A stretch of 64,000 nt of DNA from the human T2T-CHM13v2.0 reference genome, Homo sapiens, in NCBI RefSeq assembly GCF_009914755.1, contig NC_060934.1. One strand, given 5' to 3'. The position numbers and the translations under genes were made by a program. The notes below the pieces were generated by a model that saw nothing but the letters and a program-made list of their open reading frames with translations, was not told where the DNA came from and ran no database searches. This document shows, piece by piece, positions 13,251 to 28,455 of the stretch. Position 1 is the first letter of the stretch. Every line of letters begins with the position of its first letter.

Positions 13251-16200
13251 CCCTCGGGCCGGGTGCAGCTCACTGTGGTGTTTGTGGACAGCACAAATGC
13301 TAATATGGCTGTCACTCAGTAGAGTGTGTGCTCTCTGATTCCTTCAGTCCTCGCCACTCCTTATTGTCATATGTGCATTTGTTGTATTGCAGCATTTCTA
13401 AGATGTACATTTCTTTTACATGTTAGCATACCTGAATCCATCTCAAAATTGATGGATTCTTGAAATTGTCACTGACCAGGAGGCAGCTGTGATGGAGTTG
13501 CTGTTATTAGTGCACACTTGAATTGGTCATGGTGGTTCTTATTATCTTTGCTGCAGTTGACTTATACAGATTTTTGGTACTTCACATGTCATTTATGAAC
13601 TCATCATGATTTGGCATTGAAAGACAAAACTATTGTGTTAACAAAAAGAACATAAACTTGACATTATAAAGCAAATCTTTATTATTGAAATAATGACCTT
13701 GGTTCATATTTTCTGGCAAAGTAACAAGCAGAATATGAAAAAGGAATGTTCCTGAGGCATTTTAAGGTAGGAAAACCTTGGGTCATTCTTTATTGACAGT
13801 GTTGTTGTTTTTTGTTTTCTAGTACATAAAATAATGTTGTGTCTATAATTGGTGCAGCTTGGATTCATTGAAATGCAATGTGTCACCTGACTGGACCCTG
13901 AAGATGTGTTTGAGTTGAGGGCCCCAGTGGTTCTTTTACTGCAGTAGATATAGATTTGAGTTGGGGAATTAGATCATGGATATCCACACACAAAGAGCCT
14001 GATATCTAAGTCAGGGCTGGGCCTGGGCTTCTGAATTTTTGATAAGTCTCAGGAGATTCTGGTGCAGGTGGTCCACGAGCCACTCTTTTACACAGTCTGA
14101 TGTGGTCACTCCCCTTGATTCCACTCCAGAGGAATCTGAGCCCAGATAAGGGAGGGCTCTGTTCATGTAGTGAGTTCAGCCCACTGACCCCTGAGTAGTG
14201 TTTTCCTGGATGCTGCATCAAACACAAGGTGAGCTGAGGAAGGGCTGCTTGGCAGCTTTGCCTGAGGTGGGGTCTGACCCAGACTGGACCAGATGTGGGT
14301 CGCCTACCCTGCTTCTCTCAGCTGTCTGTACTATAAGCGTGTGGATACTTGGTACATGGATATGCACATGTGGCTTTTATTTGGTTTCCCTATGCATGTT
14401 CAGGAAAACATGTCACATAAAAGCAGGTAAAGGTATTTTGGAAGAAAGAGAGTGGGGATCTATGGAAAATGATAGGGAGGGAAGAGCAGAAAACAAAAAA
14501 GAACATTTCTAAGTCTGGCAGAGGACGAAGACAGGCCTGGAACTGGAAGCACCTGCACTTACATTTCTTGAGTGCTTTCTGGTTTGCCAAGCACTTTCCC
14601 AAGCTTCCATTTGAACCTCCAGATTGGAAATGGGGGGCTGCCTGATGTTCTTTTTATTCCTTCAACCCCAGTGCAGGCCCCTCACTCTAAGGTGAGGACA
14701 TCTGGGCATCCACAGCCACTGACTCCTGTCCAAGCTGCCTGCTCAGGGGGCCCTGGGTATGGGGCCTGGAAAGGGCCTGTGAGAAGAGTCTCCTCCAGGT
14801 TCCCCTGGCAGCTCCCAATCCCCTCACCATGGCAACCTCCAAGATGGTGCTGAAGACCCCAGCGAGAGCCCCCACTGCTGTTCAGAAAACCTGAAAAGAA
14901 TAGAATATAGACTATGGTGGACATTTGCACTAAATATGCTTACTTAGCAATTCTGCGCCTGAGGAATGTCAACCTTGTGTTTTTCCATGCCTTCCTATGA
15001 GTGTCTTTCACTTTTCATCACTCTTCCTTCAATTTTCCCTCAGTTAGTGTTCTCTTTAGAAGTGATGTTTTTCAAGCTGCCTTCAGATAAATTTCTGGCT
15101 CTCTTCTTGGACTTTTCTTCTGGAAAGGAGGCAGGATTGGGATTTGGGCCTGCTAGTAGGATGCAAAGAGATATAACCTATTGTGCCCATGGTCACAGAG
15201 CTTAATTAATTGTCAAGGAGACAAGAGTAAGATACCTGGGACAGTTGGACAATAGACCAAATTCATGGACCAGTGGTAGAGAAAGTGTTCAAATAGAAGT
15301 CCTTTGGGTATTCAGTCTAGGCATGGTTAGCTGGGTTTGGGACAGACAGAGAAGTCTCCAAGGAAATGGGCTCTACCTTGACCCGTAGTTGTGATGCACG
15401 TCAATAGTGAGCAGGTGGGGGCATTTCAAGTGAAGATAAAATGACCAGACACACTACTCAATCTTTCTGCAGATCTTGGCAGATCCTTAGAAGGTGATAG
15501 GAATAAAACCTAGAGGTCTGGCTTGAAAGCTTGGGTCAAGACTGATCAAAAAGTTAGCTTTGTCAAAAGCATCAGGCTCATTCTTACCTACAGACAACCC
15601 ATGGTGATCCTAAGTCATTAATCCACCCAGAGGCCTGTCCTAACCTGAGTTTCCTTGCTTTGAAGTGTGCTGTCCTCTGCAACATGAGGAAATAATTTGC
15701 TGCCTGCTTCAGTGAACCATCAGGAGAGCCAGCAGACCTAATGACATGTGAGAATATTAACCTCCTACCATGAAGAGCTGTGAATCTTGAGCGGCAGTCT
15801 ATAATTCACCCTGGACTCTTAAGCCAGGCCTCTCCAGCTTTTTCTCTCACTCACTTTCTCACTTACACCCAGAGAGAGAAGGAGAGACCTGCTCATAAAA
15901 CTTTATATTCTCCAATAGTGTGAGCCTTGCTGAGCTGTTTAGTAATGAGTGACTTTCCTTTTGCAGTCATGGAAAAATGTATACCTACAGAGGCAGGAGC
16001 AGGGGGAAGATATTTTTTCAATGTTGCGCTTTGCATACGCTTTTTCCTATGCAGAAAGGAAAAGTGTCCTCCTGACACTGGAAAAAATGCATGATATTAT
16101 GGAAGGTGACCATTTCAGTGCTTGAATAACCAAACTTCTTTGTAATTCTGTACTTTATGTTAAAAGTCAAAGAAAAGTGGAGGTGAGGATACTAATCTTA

Positions 16201-19200
16201 AGATATTTGGATATTAGAAGAGATCTTAGAGACCTTTTAAGGTCACTTGGAAGCAGAAGAAGCACTGAAATCTCATTAACAGTGGTCGTCTGTTTATGCC
16301 CTTGTTTCACGAGATTTGGGGCTTTTGGAGGACAGGATTGTACTCCTAGTGCCTGGCAGAGTGTCTAATCCATAGGAGGCCTCAAATTAAAGTTAGTCAA
16401 AAGATGGAGCCAGTCACCTGCTCTAACCCCACATTTTGCATACGGAAGAAACAAAGGTCCACCAGTGATTGACTCATGGGCACAGCTAGAGTTTTTCTTA
16501 GGCCTCAACGGCAGCTCTTTTCTTCCATCTGCCTGTCTAATTGCTGCTCTTGGCCTTATGATGTTTTCACAAGCAACGTGTTATTCTAATGGAGACTATC
16601 TTGATCTTGTCAATTGAGTGAAGGCAAACACAAATGTAGGGCCAAGGCACCATATCAGGGAGTAAATACAGAAGTGGGCAATTAGCCTCAGGGCCCAGAG
16701 TGCAAGGATGTGCAGATCTGGCTGCCTGGCAGAGAGCACCTAGCATGGTAGGAGTCCTTAGACCAGAATAATCTTCCTTACTTTGCTAGGAAAGCCTTCC
16801 CCACCAGGCCTCACTGCTCCACCAGCTCCATGTGGGCTGGGAGGAAACCTATTTTATTCATCCTAGGCCTGGCTAGGGGATGCTCAATAAATATTTGCTG
16901 TAGGGGGAATAAATAAATGAATGAAGGATCCAGTCTGTGATTGTTAGGGTACCTTTCTATTCAACCAGGCTGTTTAATTTCCGTATCTCAAGCATCTCTG
17001 TCTGGACAATGGACAATGCTGGGCACCTATAAACTTTTTGATGACTTATAGAGGTAATAAAATCAAACTTTCTTCTTCTGCTTACTTGACTAGTGCGATG
17101 AATTAACCAATGGTTAATGTCTACTCTCGGTATATGTAATTCTCAGCCTTTCTGATCTCTTCAAATTACTGTCTTCTTCCTTCTGCCATCTTCTTTTTTT
17201 TTTTTTAAGAATTAATTTTATTAAAACCAGTCAAATTAAAGCTGCCTCTGTCCAGGGCATCTCAAGATCCATCCATTATGGCTTCTTATCTTGGCAGGCG
17301 ATCGGCTTGGAAAGGCAGCTCAGCCATTATGCACATACAAAGCCCATCACTTCACAACCAATGGTCAATTCATCAAACATTTATCTTTTGCCCTCTGAGC
17401 GTGTGACGCTTTGCCTCTCATTTCCTAGTTTGGGTTGCTCTGAAAGATGAAGAAAAGCAGGCGGGAGTTCTTTTCTCCCCTAACTTTCCCCTTCCCCCAG
17501 ATCGTTTTTATTAATCAGATTTCATACTTGAGGCTTGAAACATGCCCTGCTCTCTTTTTTTGGCCATCTGAGGGTTAGGGATAGTCTGCCAGTCTCATGC
17601 TGAACTTTTTACTGAATGGTGGAACAATTAAGGCAATGATAAAACTTTGCGAGTTTTCATCTTGCAACCCACTTTGGTGCATGGGATGTTTAAAAATGAA
17701 GAGACCTCCAAAATAATCTAGCCTAGCCGCCTTAGTTTACAAAACAGTACAGTGAGGCCCACAGGAGGCAAGGGTTTGACTGAAATACTGCAGCAAGGTG
17801 CTAACCAAGGCAGGACCTGGATCAGGTTCCTTGGTTGTTCCTAAGACAGAGGCTCTCCCGAGCTGTCATCTCCCCATGCATTCAAATGATTCTGAAACAT
17901 ATCACTATTTCTTCTGGAGGTTTAGCCACTGACCTGCTTCATTTTCTGAGGCAACTAATTTCTTCCTTTGAAAAGAAAATATGCACATTTATTTTTCAAA
18001 AACAATCTTTCAGCTAAACAACAATTGGTCTAGGTTTGTCTTCATGTACTGTATCTCAGCTGATCCCCATTCTGATATCTGCAAATTGGACAGGTCAGGG
18101 ATTTTCTGCCACCTTGAAAGATTAGAAAGCTACATTTTCCAAGTGTTATTTTTCCAAAGTCTTAGCTCACAAAACCAGGACTTGAAAACAGAGCTCATGA
18201 CTCAATGGAGTGGTCTTATGCTGTGTGTTTACCAACTAGATTTGCGTTTGGCCTCATTGAGTTGACAAGATATTCCTCATCAGAACAACACATTCCCTAT
18301 GAAAACACCACACTGGCTTCCTGCTGCCATGAGCAGCAGTCAGATAACCAGAGAGGCAGACACAGAGGAAATAGCCTTGGTTCAGTGCTGGGAAAAACTC
18401 TTTTTCTCTATGCTGCACAACTGGAAACAGTTGATCTCGTCTCTGTCCCTAACATTGTTAGGTGCTAGTACACAGGGCCCAGGACATGCCATGAGAGGAT
18501 CTGGAAAGCAAAGCTCACCAAATTATTCTTTGAGAGGTTTTGTGAACCATAGAGCTAGAGCTATTCTGGAAGAAAGAAAATGGCTCCGGTAGCAAGCCAC
18601 TTTTGGAGGTCACCATATCTCCTGGGGCCTTCTTTCCTGCTGGAGACATAAAGCTATCTTGTAGTCTGGGACAGAAAACGTGTTTTCACCTTTTTCAGCC
18701 AATTAAGACCTCACAGAATCAACAGTTGGCACGTTTTTACTGGCTTTCCTGGCCTGAGTCCATTCCAGGGGGGCCCTGCCCGTGGGGAGCTGGTCTTTGG
18801 GCAAGTATTTGATTAGGGGCCCTTGGGGTCCCTGGGGCTTTGAGATCCAGCCGTGTAAATGTCTCCTTTTCTGGTTGGCTTGCAATGAGTAGACACCATC
18901 TGTTGAATTAAAAATTCCCTTTATGGAGGGTGGTGAAAGGCTTGTGTAGAAGAGACACTGTTATCTTTCAAGCAAACAGTTCATGAGGTTGAAGAGCAGC
19001 GTTCTTGGCCCAACATATGTTTGCCCAATGGCTGTGGGCGCCTCCCCCACCAGGCTCTGCATTCCGCCCCATGGCGAGGTGCACGCATACCATGGCTGCG
19101 GTACACCGTGTCCACTCTCACATCTCCCTAGCAAAGAAAACCCCCATTTATAGAACCCGCCAAACAAACTCACTCTTTAGACTCTTAAAAACAAACAAGA

Positions 19201-21989
19201 TCCCGAGGCCACAGGCTCCATGCGTGCATGTGTGGTTTTGTAAAATCTCAAGCCGTGAATCAAAATAATTTCAGAGACATAGTCAAAGCCCAGGCCAAAC
19301 CCTGTCACCAGGGTGGGAAAAAGACAGGAAAGATTCGCTTTGAGGAGGGAGGATAGCCCAGAGAAGGAGAATGATGGGAGCAAAACATGGAGGCTGTCCT
19401 TCATCTAGTATGTTCCTGGAGAGACACCTGCTCCTTGTCTCTGTCCTTAGGGACTTGCTATAATACCTTCAGGACAAGCATAGGAGGGATGGGCCAAAAA
19501 CAGAAAGGGCTTACTACAGCCCTCATTGCTTTCCTCTCAACTTCCAGAGCTCATCTTATCCATGCTGCTTACTGATACGCTGTCCTGTATGGTGTCCCCT
19601 TATTCCAAGCCCAGCGTCTCTGTCTCCTTCATAGATGGTAAGAGCATTGAGAGCAGATTCCATGACTTGTGCATCATTTGTATCCCCAGATGCATGTGCT
19701 CACTGAATTCCTGTCATGTTGGAAATGGATACCACACCACATGCTTTTTGGTAGCAAATCAGCTTTCTGGACTGTAGCTTACTTGAGTGCCAGGATCAAG
19801 TTATCTCTTTTCCTTATGTTCCCTCACCACCAAATGTGGAATAAGGTATCAGCAGATGCTCAAAAGATTAGAATTCATTTGCATTGAGACTTAGCTCAAG
19901 CCCATCTCCTTCACCAGCCCCAGCCCCTTCTCAGAGTAGCACTAATCATCCCAATCTATTACCCTGCATTATCTGGTAACTGCTTCCCTGTCTATACCTA
20001 CTACTTAATAGTAGGGGACTATTGCACAGTCATCCTTGTAGCTCCAGAGACTAGCAAAGTACTAAGCACAGAGTTGGCACTCAATACATTTTTATAAATG
20101 AATGAATGAACAAGCTATAGAGGTGTACCCCAAGGGGATCATTAGCAGATAAATCTCAAGCCAGTCCCACCTAATGCATACTTAACTTCAAAGGAAAAAA
20201 AAAATCTAAGAACTAGCTCTTTGGGAGATTCTTCTAGGAGCATCCATGGAGTACAGAGTGAAAGGAAAAAGAACTCGAAAACCATTTAGGTTCATCATTA
20301 TATTAATAATTGAGGACGTACAATGAATGGGTTACAAAGCTACACACAGTGTTTGGATAAAGGATGTGGCGATGGTGAATTTCCATTTCTGGACCACAGC
20401 TAGAAAGTATGTAGAGGTAGTTTAACATAGTTGGGGAGCACTGCACTTTATGTACACAGGTTCTAAATGTGGCCTGGTGACTCATGTGTGTTTTCAGGTA
20501 GGCCACTTTACCTCTCTGGACATTAGTCATCTTCTGTGAAGTAGGGGGAGAGTGGAACAGCCTAAAATTCCTCTAGGATTCAAAGTCTATGAGTCTATAA
20601 GAAGACTATAATAGGGCATATTTTACACAAATAGAGCTGTAGCTCTAATATGTAGTTTACTTTCTATAAGAGGTCAGGGTGCAAACATGTGCCTTTTTAT
20701 TATGGGCACATGTTACACCCTTCCCATAGTTAGGAAAATATTAAAGAAGCCTTGCACAGTCCCAGCTAGAAGAATGAGGCATAGAGTTTAGTGTGCTGGA
20801 ACTCTGCTACCCTCTTCCTACCAGACTGACTCTTAAGGGACCCTTTGGCAAAGCAGAACTGACTTAACAGCCCTTATAAACTATAGTTATAAAGGAAGGA
20901 GCTCCAGTCAGATAACCATAGTATCTGGATAGAATATTAGAAGCCATCGAATCTGATCTCTATGAAGAAATTCCCTCTAAACATTCTCCATGATTTTAGC
21001 CTCTGTTCAAATAAGTATAGTGGCTCTGAGGGCAGCTCATCCTTTAGTGAACAGCTTCTCCATTTTGACAAGTTTCAAAAAATTGATTCAAGACATTTCC
21101 TCCCAGCTTACATAATTTTCTATTTGTTTTTGATTCTGCATTCTGGAACCCTGTAGGCTGAGGACTTTGAAATGACTAAGACTTCTCTGCTCCTGGTTAA
21201 GCAACTTTAGGACTGTCTCAATCACTGTTTCTTACACCCTTCACCTCCTGGTGGTTGTCCTTGGATGGTGTTTCTGAATGCAAATCCACCTTTGAATCTG
21301 GCACCTGGAATTCAAACAAAGCTCCAGGCACAGGCACTTAGGGGCCAGGAGAGTAGTAGAGTGGATTGGGATCAGATTTGCTTCTGTGGTGGTCACTGGC
21401 GATTCATACTAAGTCCTCTTCCCAGACACTGCTCTTTTTCTAAAGCTTCTACATGTTATGTATGTGGAATTGTCTTGTTTTATTTAAAAGGAATATTAAC
21501 TGTGGTTTTTCCTGATTATAAAATGTATATTCATGATAGAAAATTTAGTAGCTAGAGAAAACTATTTGAAAATGACTGATAAACTCCTTACCTGGGGGTT
21601 AACGGTATGTATCTGGGAGATATAGATAGGTATCACACACATACACACACACACATAAATATATACATTTAAGTGTGTTTGTGTATGTGTGTACAGAATT
21701 GTTATAATGTCTCTGTGTACAAGATTGTATATTAACAGCAGTTTATAAACTAGAACAACTAAGAAAGATGACTTTGATGATTCTTAACCATTAACATGGA
21801 AGAAAATGCCCAGAAAAGCTTGGTGCAGATTAAAATTTGTGTGGAAAATGGTGAGGACCATATGGATGACTTTTAATTTTCATGCATGAGATCTTTGTGT
21901 GTGTACTATATTACATTGTGACTTAATTTGGGGTACTTAAATGTATAGCATGAAAATTGTACTGGCTCATTAGATAGCTGCCTACAATA

Positions 21990-22560
21990 TTATTTTTAAT
22001 TCCTGTGTAATATTTTATGATACAGATATATTGAGCTTTATTTAATCATTCTTCAATCCTTGGGCATTTAGGCTTGTTTGCAATGTTATTGTAAATGCTA
22101 TAGTGAACATACTTGTACATAAACTTATACACATCTTTGATATTTACTGAATAAATTATTGGAATTGGAATTAGTGGATGCAAAGGTAATTATTTTTAAG
22201 TCTTTTAATATAAATTGCCATCCAGCAATTTCACTGTCTCATTAGTCTTGTGTTTGTTTGAAGTAAAAGCTTGACAAAACTATGTTAAAATCTAAGAAAA
22301 GGATATAAATATTTTTATTAGAATATTCTAGATTCCTAATAAAGCTGAAAATTTCTCCCATATTTTTATTATTGACAAATTTCCTTGTGAATTTTCCATC
22401 CAAGGTTTTTGGTCATTTTTCTGTTAGGGCTTCAGGTTTTCCTTAATGATTTATAAAAGCTCTTTCCATGTTAAGGGTGTTAAATCTTAGACTGTTAGAA
22501 GGGTTGCAAATATATTCCCAATTTTCATATTCCTTTTAATTTTTTCGAGTAAATATTTTT
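21990..22560 (-). mobile_element. Ancient L1 (L1M) fragment
   Basis: gggcatttaggcttgtttgc...atgctatagtgaacatacttgtacat...ggaattagtggatgcaaagg typical of antisense L1 3' region; boundaries approximate. Confidence 0.6.
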
Positions 22561-22922
22561 GGATAGTTGAACTTTATTATTTAGTTTACATTAGACACTG
22601 TGAAATTTCATCTTATTGAGCTGAAAAATGGTTGATTCTAACAGGATCATTTTGGATCCTACTGTATCTTTCTTAATATCTCTTTAGGGTCCTGTCCCCT
22701 ATAAATGTGATAAACATCTCCTTAACCAAGCCACTGGCAAAAAACAAAAACAACAAAAAACAAAAAAATAAGATCAAAATCCCTAGAATCTACCCATAGA
22801 GCAATTTGAGCCATTAATCAGTATTCTTCAGGTACATTTTTGAAGCAGTTATGACTCTACTTCTACCTAAGATTGTCATTTTCTAGCCTACTTTTTGGCT
22901 TCCTGTCACAAAGATATTATGA

Positions 22923-23235
<313 letters not shown>

Positions 23236-24013
23236 AACCATTTTGAACTCTGAATACAATATATATCTTCTTTATTCCTACATGAGTATCTCCATTAACA
23301 ACTGGTCTCTCAAAACTTTTCCTTAATGCACAGAATCTGCCTGTTTGAGAATCTGTATTACATTTTATTGATATATATCCTACCTCATTCTATGAAAGGT
23401 TTGGGCTAGCTTATTAGAATGAATAAAATTAAAAAGCAGTATATAAATAAATGAAATACCAAGGCTATGAAAAAATTATAAGCCTTGACAATGAAGTTAG
23501 AAAGCAGGTATGGATATCATGAAGGATTACCTTTTTACAATTGGGTCACAATTTACCTCTGAGCTTCCTGGTAGCAAAAGTAAAAAAGATAACATGATCA
23601 GATACATTATTCACGTTGTCCTACAGCAAGAAAATACAGGTTCCTGAGAGCTATCATCTGACCAGAATTTCATATGGGTAATTATATAACCTCATGTATC
23701 CAAAATAGGAGAATCTACCTTCTTACCTCCTTTTTCAAGTAACATTAACTCCAAGGGCTTCTAGCTCCTTATTCTCCATTACTAATTCTTTAGGCATCAT
23801 ATTTGAAAGTTTTCTTAGTATTCTTAGATATGGTGCAGGGGGCTTCAGACCTAGTTAACTATTAATACTTTAGCTTTTTGGCTGGTCTTGGATTCAGGTC
23901 TCTCAGATGAGTGTTGAATTTTACTGTCTGCAGTTCAGGGATTAGCCATCATGTTGGGGTCTCAATAGAGCTTTGGGGTTGACTTTGACCCCAAAGTCAT
24001 GTAACCACTACTT

Positions 24014-24228
24014 CTTTTTTGTTGTTATTGTTTAGCAATGAGGTCTCGCTCTGTTGCCCAGGCTGGAGTGCAGTGACATGACTGTAGCTCACTGTAGCCT
24101 GGCCCTCCTGGGCTCAAGCGATTCTCTTGCCTCAGCCTCCTGAATAGCTGGGACTACAGGCTCACACCATCATGCCAGGCTACTTTTTGTGTTTTAGAAA
24201 TGGCGTCTTACTATGTCGCCCAGGCTAG
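24014..24228 (-). mobile_element. Truncated AluJ
   Basis: tagctcactgtagcc...cctgggctcaagcgat (J-type positions); ends partway through the left arm. Confidence 0.85.
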
Positions 24229-24451
24229 ATGCAGTTCCTTGTGATGTCAGTGTACACTCTGTCTCACATACCCTAGCCAGAACCTTTTTCATGTTCTTCT
24301 ATTTCTTAAAGACATTTCTATTCATCTTGATACACTTACAGTATGGATTAGTTGATTTATATAATTATTTGTGTGTGTGTGTGTGTATATATATGTATGG
24401 CTATGTGACTTGAATGGCAGAAAAATACACACAGCCAACTCTACATACTGT

Positions 24452-24522
24452 ATATAGTAATATACAACATGTATAATATGTATAGTAATATATAACATGT
24501 ATAATATATGTCGTAATATATA
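24452..24522. repeat. AT-rich ~28-30-bp tandem repeat, about 2.5 copies
   Basis: tatagtaatatacaacatgtataatatg / tatagtaatatataacatgtataatatatg / tcgtaatata. Confidence 0.75.
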
Positions 24523-24647
24523 GAGTTACGTATCTATGTCTGTCTTTATCCATACATTTAAGGATATAAAAAAGAGTTTTATGGAAAAAAGAATATCTCT
24601 TACAGGACTAGGTAAACAAATTATAAAAATGTATAGGTATAAAAATG

Positions 24648-24968
<321 letters not shown>

Positions 24969-27900
24969 TCATACCTCACCAATTCTCTCTTTTCTCCCTT
25001 CATTTTCCACCAGGTGGCTTTTGGTCACCTGTCCTGTCCTTGTGGCTTTTGCCATGCCTTTGTGGGAAGTTGATATACAGACATTTCCCAAGGAGCTGCC
25101 GTGTGCCAGGCACTGCAGTTGGAGTGGTGGGGGGAGTATAGGAGAGGAACAAGTTACTATTTCTGCTCTCAAGGTAATGTTGAAACAATTTAACAACTGC
25201 ACTGTCCAATTAGAATTGATGCTGGCTGGAGCAGGGTCTATGGTAGCCCTGGGCTGTAGTGGGCATTGGCCTCCTAGTTTCTGGATTATGAAGAGGTCTG
25301 GGGGTGCCAAGGAATGGCCAGGGTAGCAGGAAGGGCACTCAGAGCTGCAATTATTTACCTACTGAAGGAAGTATTTAAATATTTTAATAATGAGAACTGG
25401 TATACCCATGCAGACTTGCTGAATGTTACTCTTTCCTGATCTTAGCCACATGGCCCCAGGGAAACCATGAGGAGGCATTCTGGCCTCTGAAAGAATACGA
25501 GTCTAGAGGCTGCCCTCCTTGCCACTGGCCAGTGTGCTGGTCCTGCTGTCTGTCCCATGCTTGGATTTATTGGCCGTTTTTTTCTTAGACACTCCCAGGT
25601 TTTGGCTGAACAGTGCTCAGTGGATGAGGCAGTACCGAGCCCTCACTGTACACTTAACAGCTTTCTAGGAGTATGGAGGCTGCATGGAGATCCCCTCTTA
25701 GAGGGGCCTGGGCAGACAGAAATCATCAGAGAGATCCATACAGAACAGGCAGCAGCCAGCCCTTGCAGGTCTGGGGGCCTAGCCAGGGTAGTAGACATCA
25801 GACCCAGGTTAGGCCCTTTAGAACTTCCATGGCCACACCATTTTCTCAATTAAAAATATGGGCAGGGATATTTAGAGTCGAGGAAGTAGGTAAAGATCTT
25901 TGTGGAGATCTTGCTTTCTTGATTGGTTTGAGAACATCCCAGCCTTTGCTCCTGGATTTGGGGCCAAATATAGTCCCAAAGAGACAGATGCTTTTGTTTT
26001 AGGGTCTGTGGTCAGCTATTCCCCATGTTCGCTGCCCATCTCATGTTGGTGCAGCTCTGTCACCCCTGGTATAGGCTGGAGCTGAGGGAGGAGAGATCGA
26101 ATTCTTAGCACAGCCTAGATCCAAGGATTGATCCAGGGGTTCTGGAAGTATCCTCTGGTGGTTTTTATGGTACAATGTTCTGGCTGGTTTTTGGCTGGGC
26201 AAGGGGCAGGGAGGAATGGCTACAAATTAGAGGCTCCTGCCCAAGGCTGCCAGCCCTACCTGGGCCCGGGCCCTGGCTCTTCCCCTCCATTCTGGTGAGT
26301 GGCTCATTTGCAGGGAAAGGATGAAGGTCACTGATTTGTGCCCACCCAGGAGCAGAAGGGACTGGGCCTCAAGGGGCGGCCCTTCTGTGGGGCCCCTGGC
26401 CCCCTACCCATGGCCCCCCCATGCCAGCCACTGGCCTGGCCTGGGCAGGGCTGCACGCCTGTTCGGCGCTGCTGTTTTCATAAGCTAATGAGGGCAGAGT
26501 GTGAGCCACAGGCGATGATGTTGGGATATTAACTCTGACAGGAAGCTTGATCATAATTATCTTAACGAGGATAGGGTTAATTACAGTGGAAACTTAAAAG
26601 TTCTCTCCGTTTGAATCCACTGGAGCCCAATGCGTTGTGATGTTTTGTCATTTTGATGTGACTTTGGAAAAGGCACTGGGATGCTCCCAGCAGCCGCTGC
26701 AGCTCCTGGGGGAGCCCAGGCAGAGCCCTGGGAACGAGGGAAGGAGGTAAGAGGATGGTACCTGTGTGTGAGATCCTGGCTGCGTTGCTGCTGGTGGAGG
26801 GGGAGGCAGGCAGCCTGCAGGGAGTTCCAGGGGTGCTGATTAGGTTTCCAGAACAATCCAGGCCTGGATGATCTCCCTCCAGCTGGCTGTGCCTAGGTCC
26901 TGGGTGAACCTTGCTCTCTCCTATCAGCCCCCAGCCCATACCTCAGACATCGCACTACTCCAGGAAGCTGGTGAGTGATGCTGGACTGACAGTTGGCGTC
27001 TCCACCGGGGATCTGGTTTTGGGGTGCATTTTGCTGTCCATACACAAGGTGATAGCAGACAAATTGTCATTTTATTTAACAGCACATATTTGCAGGCACC
27101 TGGCATATAGGGGAATGAACTCAAAGATCTACACACATATTTTTTCTCCTATTCCTCCCTAGAAAACAGCAGTAAAAATAACAGTAAAAAAAAAATAAAT
27201 AAAGGGTAAAGCCACCTCATTCTAGGTGTATGTGTATTGTCGTCCACGTGTCAGCTGGGACCCCCAAAACCTATCTTCCCCAGTACTCCCATTTACTATG
27301 CTCTCTGCCCCCTGACTTCTGTGCCCCAGCCCTCAGCTCTGGATCTAGATGATTAAATCCCCAGGAGCACACCACACTGATAACATGAAAACAAGGATTT
27401 ATTCATTAGCAATCACCCATGTAATATGGTTCTCTTTTTACTGAGCAGCTAATAACGTCACATAGCAAAAAGAGTCTCAAAACCAGACAGGTGACAGGGG
27501 ATTTGAGACTGATCTTACCAGCTCTTCTGGGAAGTCTCACTCTGGCGTGGATTTCTGCCCCATAGCCCACCCTGAGGGGAAGAAAGGCTGGCTGGATGGA
27601 GGTGGGCGCTTCCTTGGTGCTCCTGGGCTCTCCCCATCTTCATGCTGTGTCGTTTTGCTTTATGCCTCCCTGGAGCACTCTTGGAAAGGAGCTTTCTTCT
27701 GCTTGCCAGTTGCCAACCATTTGCTGATTCTCATCAGAAGAATCTAATATTTGCATAACGTAACTCAGGAACAATGTGTATTTGGATGCTGCCTTTGAGC
27801 GGAGTCCAACTGATGTTTGTGCACAAAGGAATTATTAACCACCCGTAAGGCTCCCTAAGGGGAAGTGGCCTCACCTCCCCTAGTGGTAAACGGGCCCAGT

Positions 27901-28296
27901 CCTGAGAAGCCTTTTGGCACATCACTCCCTAACCCCTAGTGGAGGAAGGGACTTCAGAAGAGCCCGAAAGTCCCCTGCACAAGCCTGACTTGCTGCACGC
28001 CTCCTCTGTGGGTTTGTTCATGGGCCCGTCCCCTGCATTCCAAACACACCCCCAGGGTCAGGGCGTCTGGAAACAAAACAGTGAATAAAAGGAGGAAGGA
28101 AAAGAAAAAAAAAACAGCGTATGCTAGTAACCAGTTAGCCGTCCTTCACTTATTCTCGACAAGATCCTATGAGCTGGAAGGAACACAGAACAGGAGAGTT
28201 CAGATGGGCTATTGACAGGCCCAAATTCACACAACAGGAAATAGAGGAGCGGAGGCAAAGTCCCAAACCTTCCTGCCTAGATGTGCGTACATTGTG

Positions 28297-28455
28297 GGTT
28301 TTTAAATTTTTTTTTTGTTTGTATTTTTTGTGGGTACATAAGAGGTGTAGATATTTATGGGTCACATGACATATTTTGATACAGGCAGGCAATGTGTAAT
28401 CATCACATCAGGATAAATGGGATATCCAGCCCTTCAAGCATTTATCCTCACAAGT
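28297..28455 (-). mobile_element. L1MA-type 3' end fragment
   Basis: Poly-T then gtgggtacata...tatttatggg...ttttgatacaggc...atcacatcagg...tcaagcatttatcc. Confidence 0.75.

Noticed and set aside
13380-13890. Possible ancient DNA-transposon relic
   Set aside because: Too diverged to assign by eye; needs Dfam/RepeatMasker. Several L2 and MIR fragments elsewhere were omitted for the same reason
20491-20503. TTTTCAG|GTAGGC as a recursive splice site
   Set aside because: Short pyrimidine tract, weak donor, and within MIR-like sequence; expected by chance
25007-25018. CCACCAGGTGGC as a CTCF site
   Set aside because: Core match only, with poor flanks; cannot be supported without ChIP data
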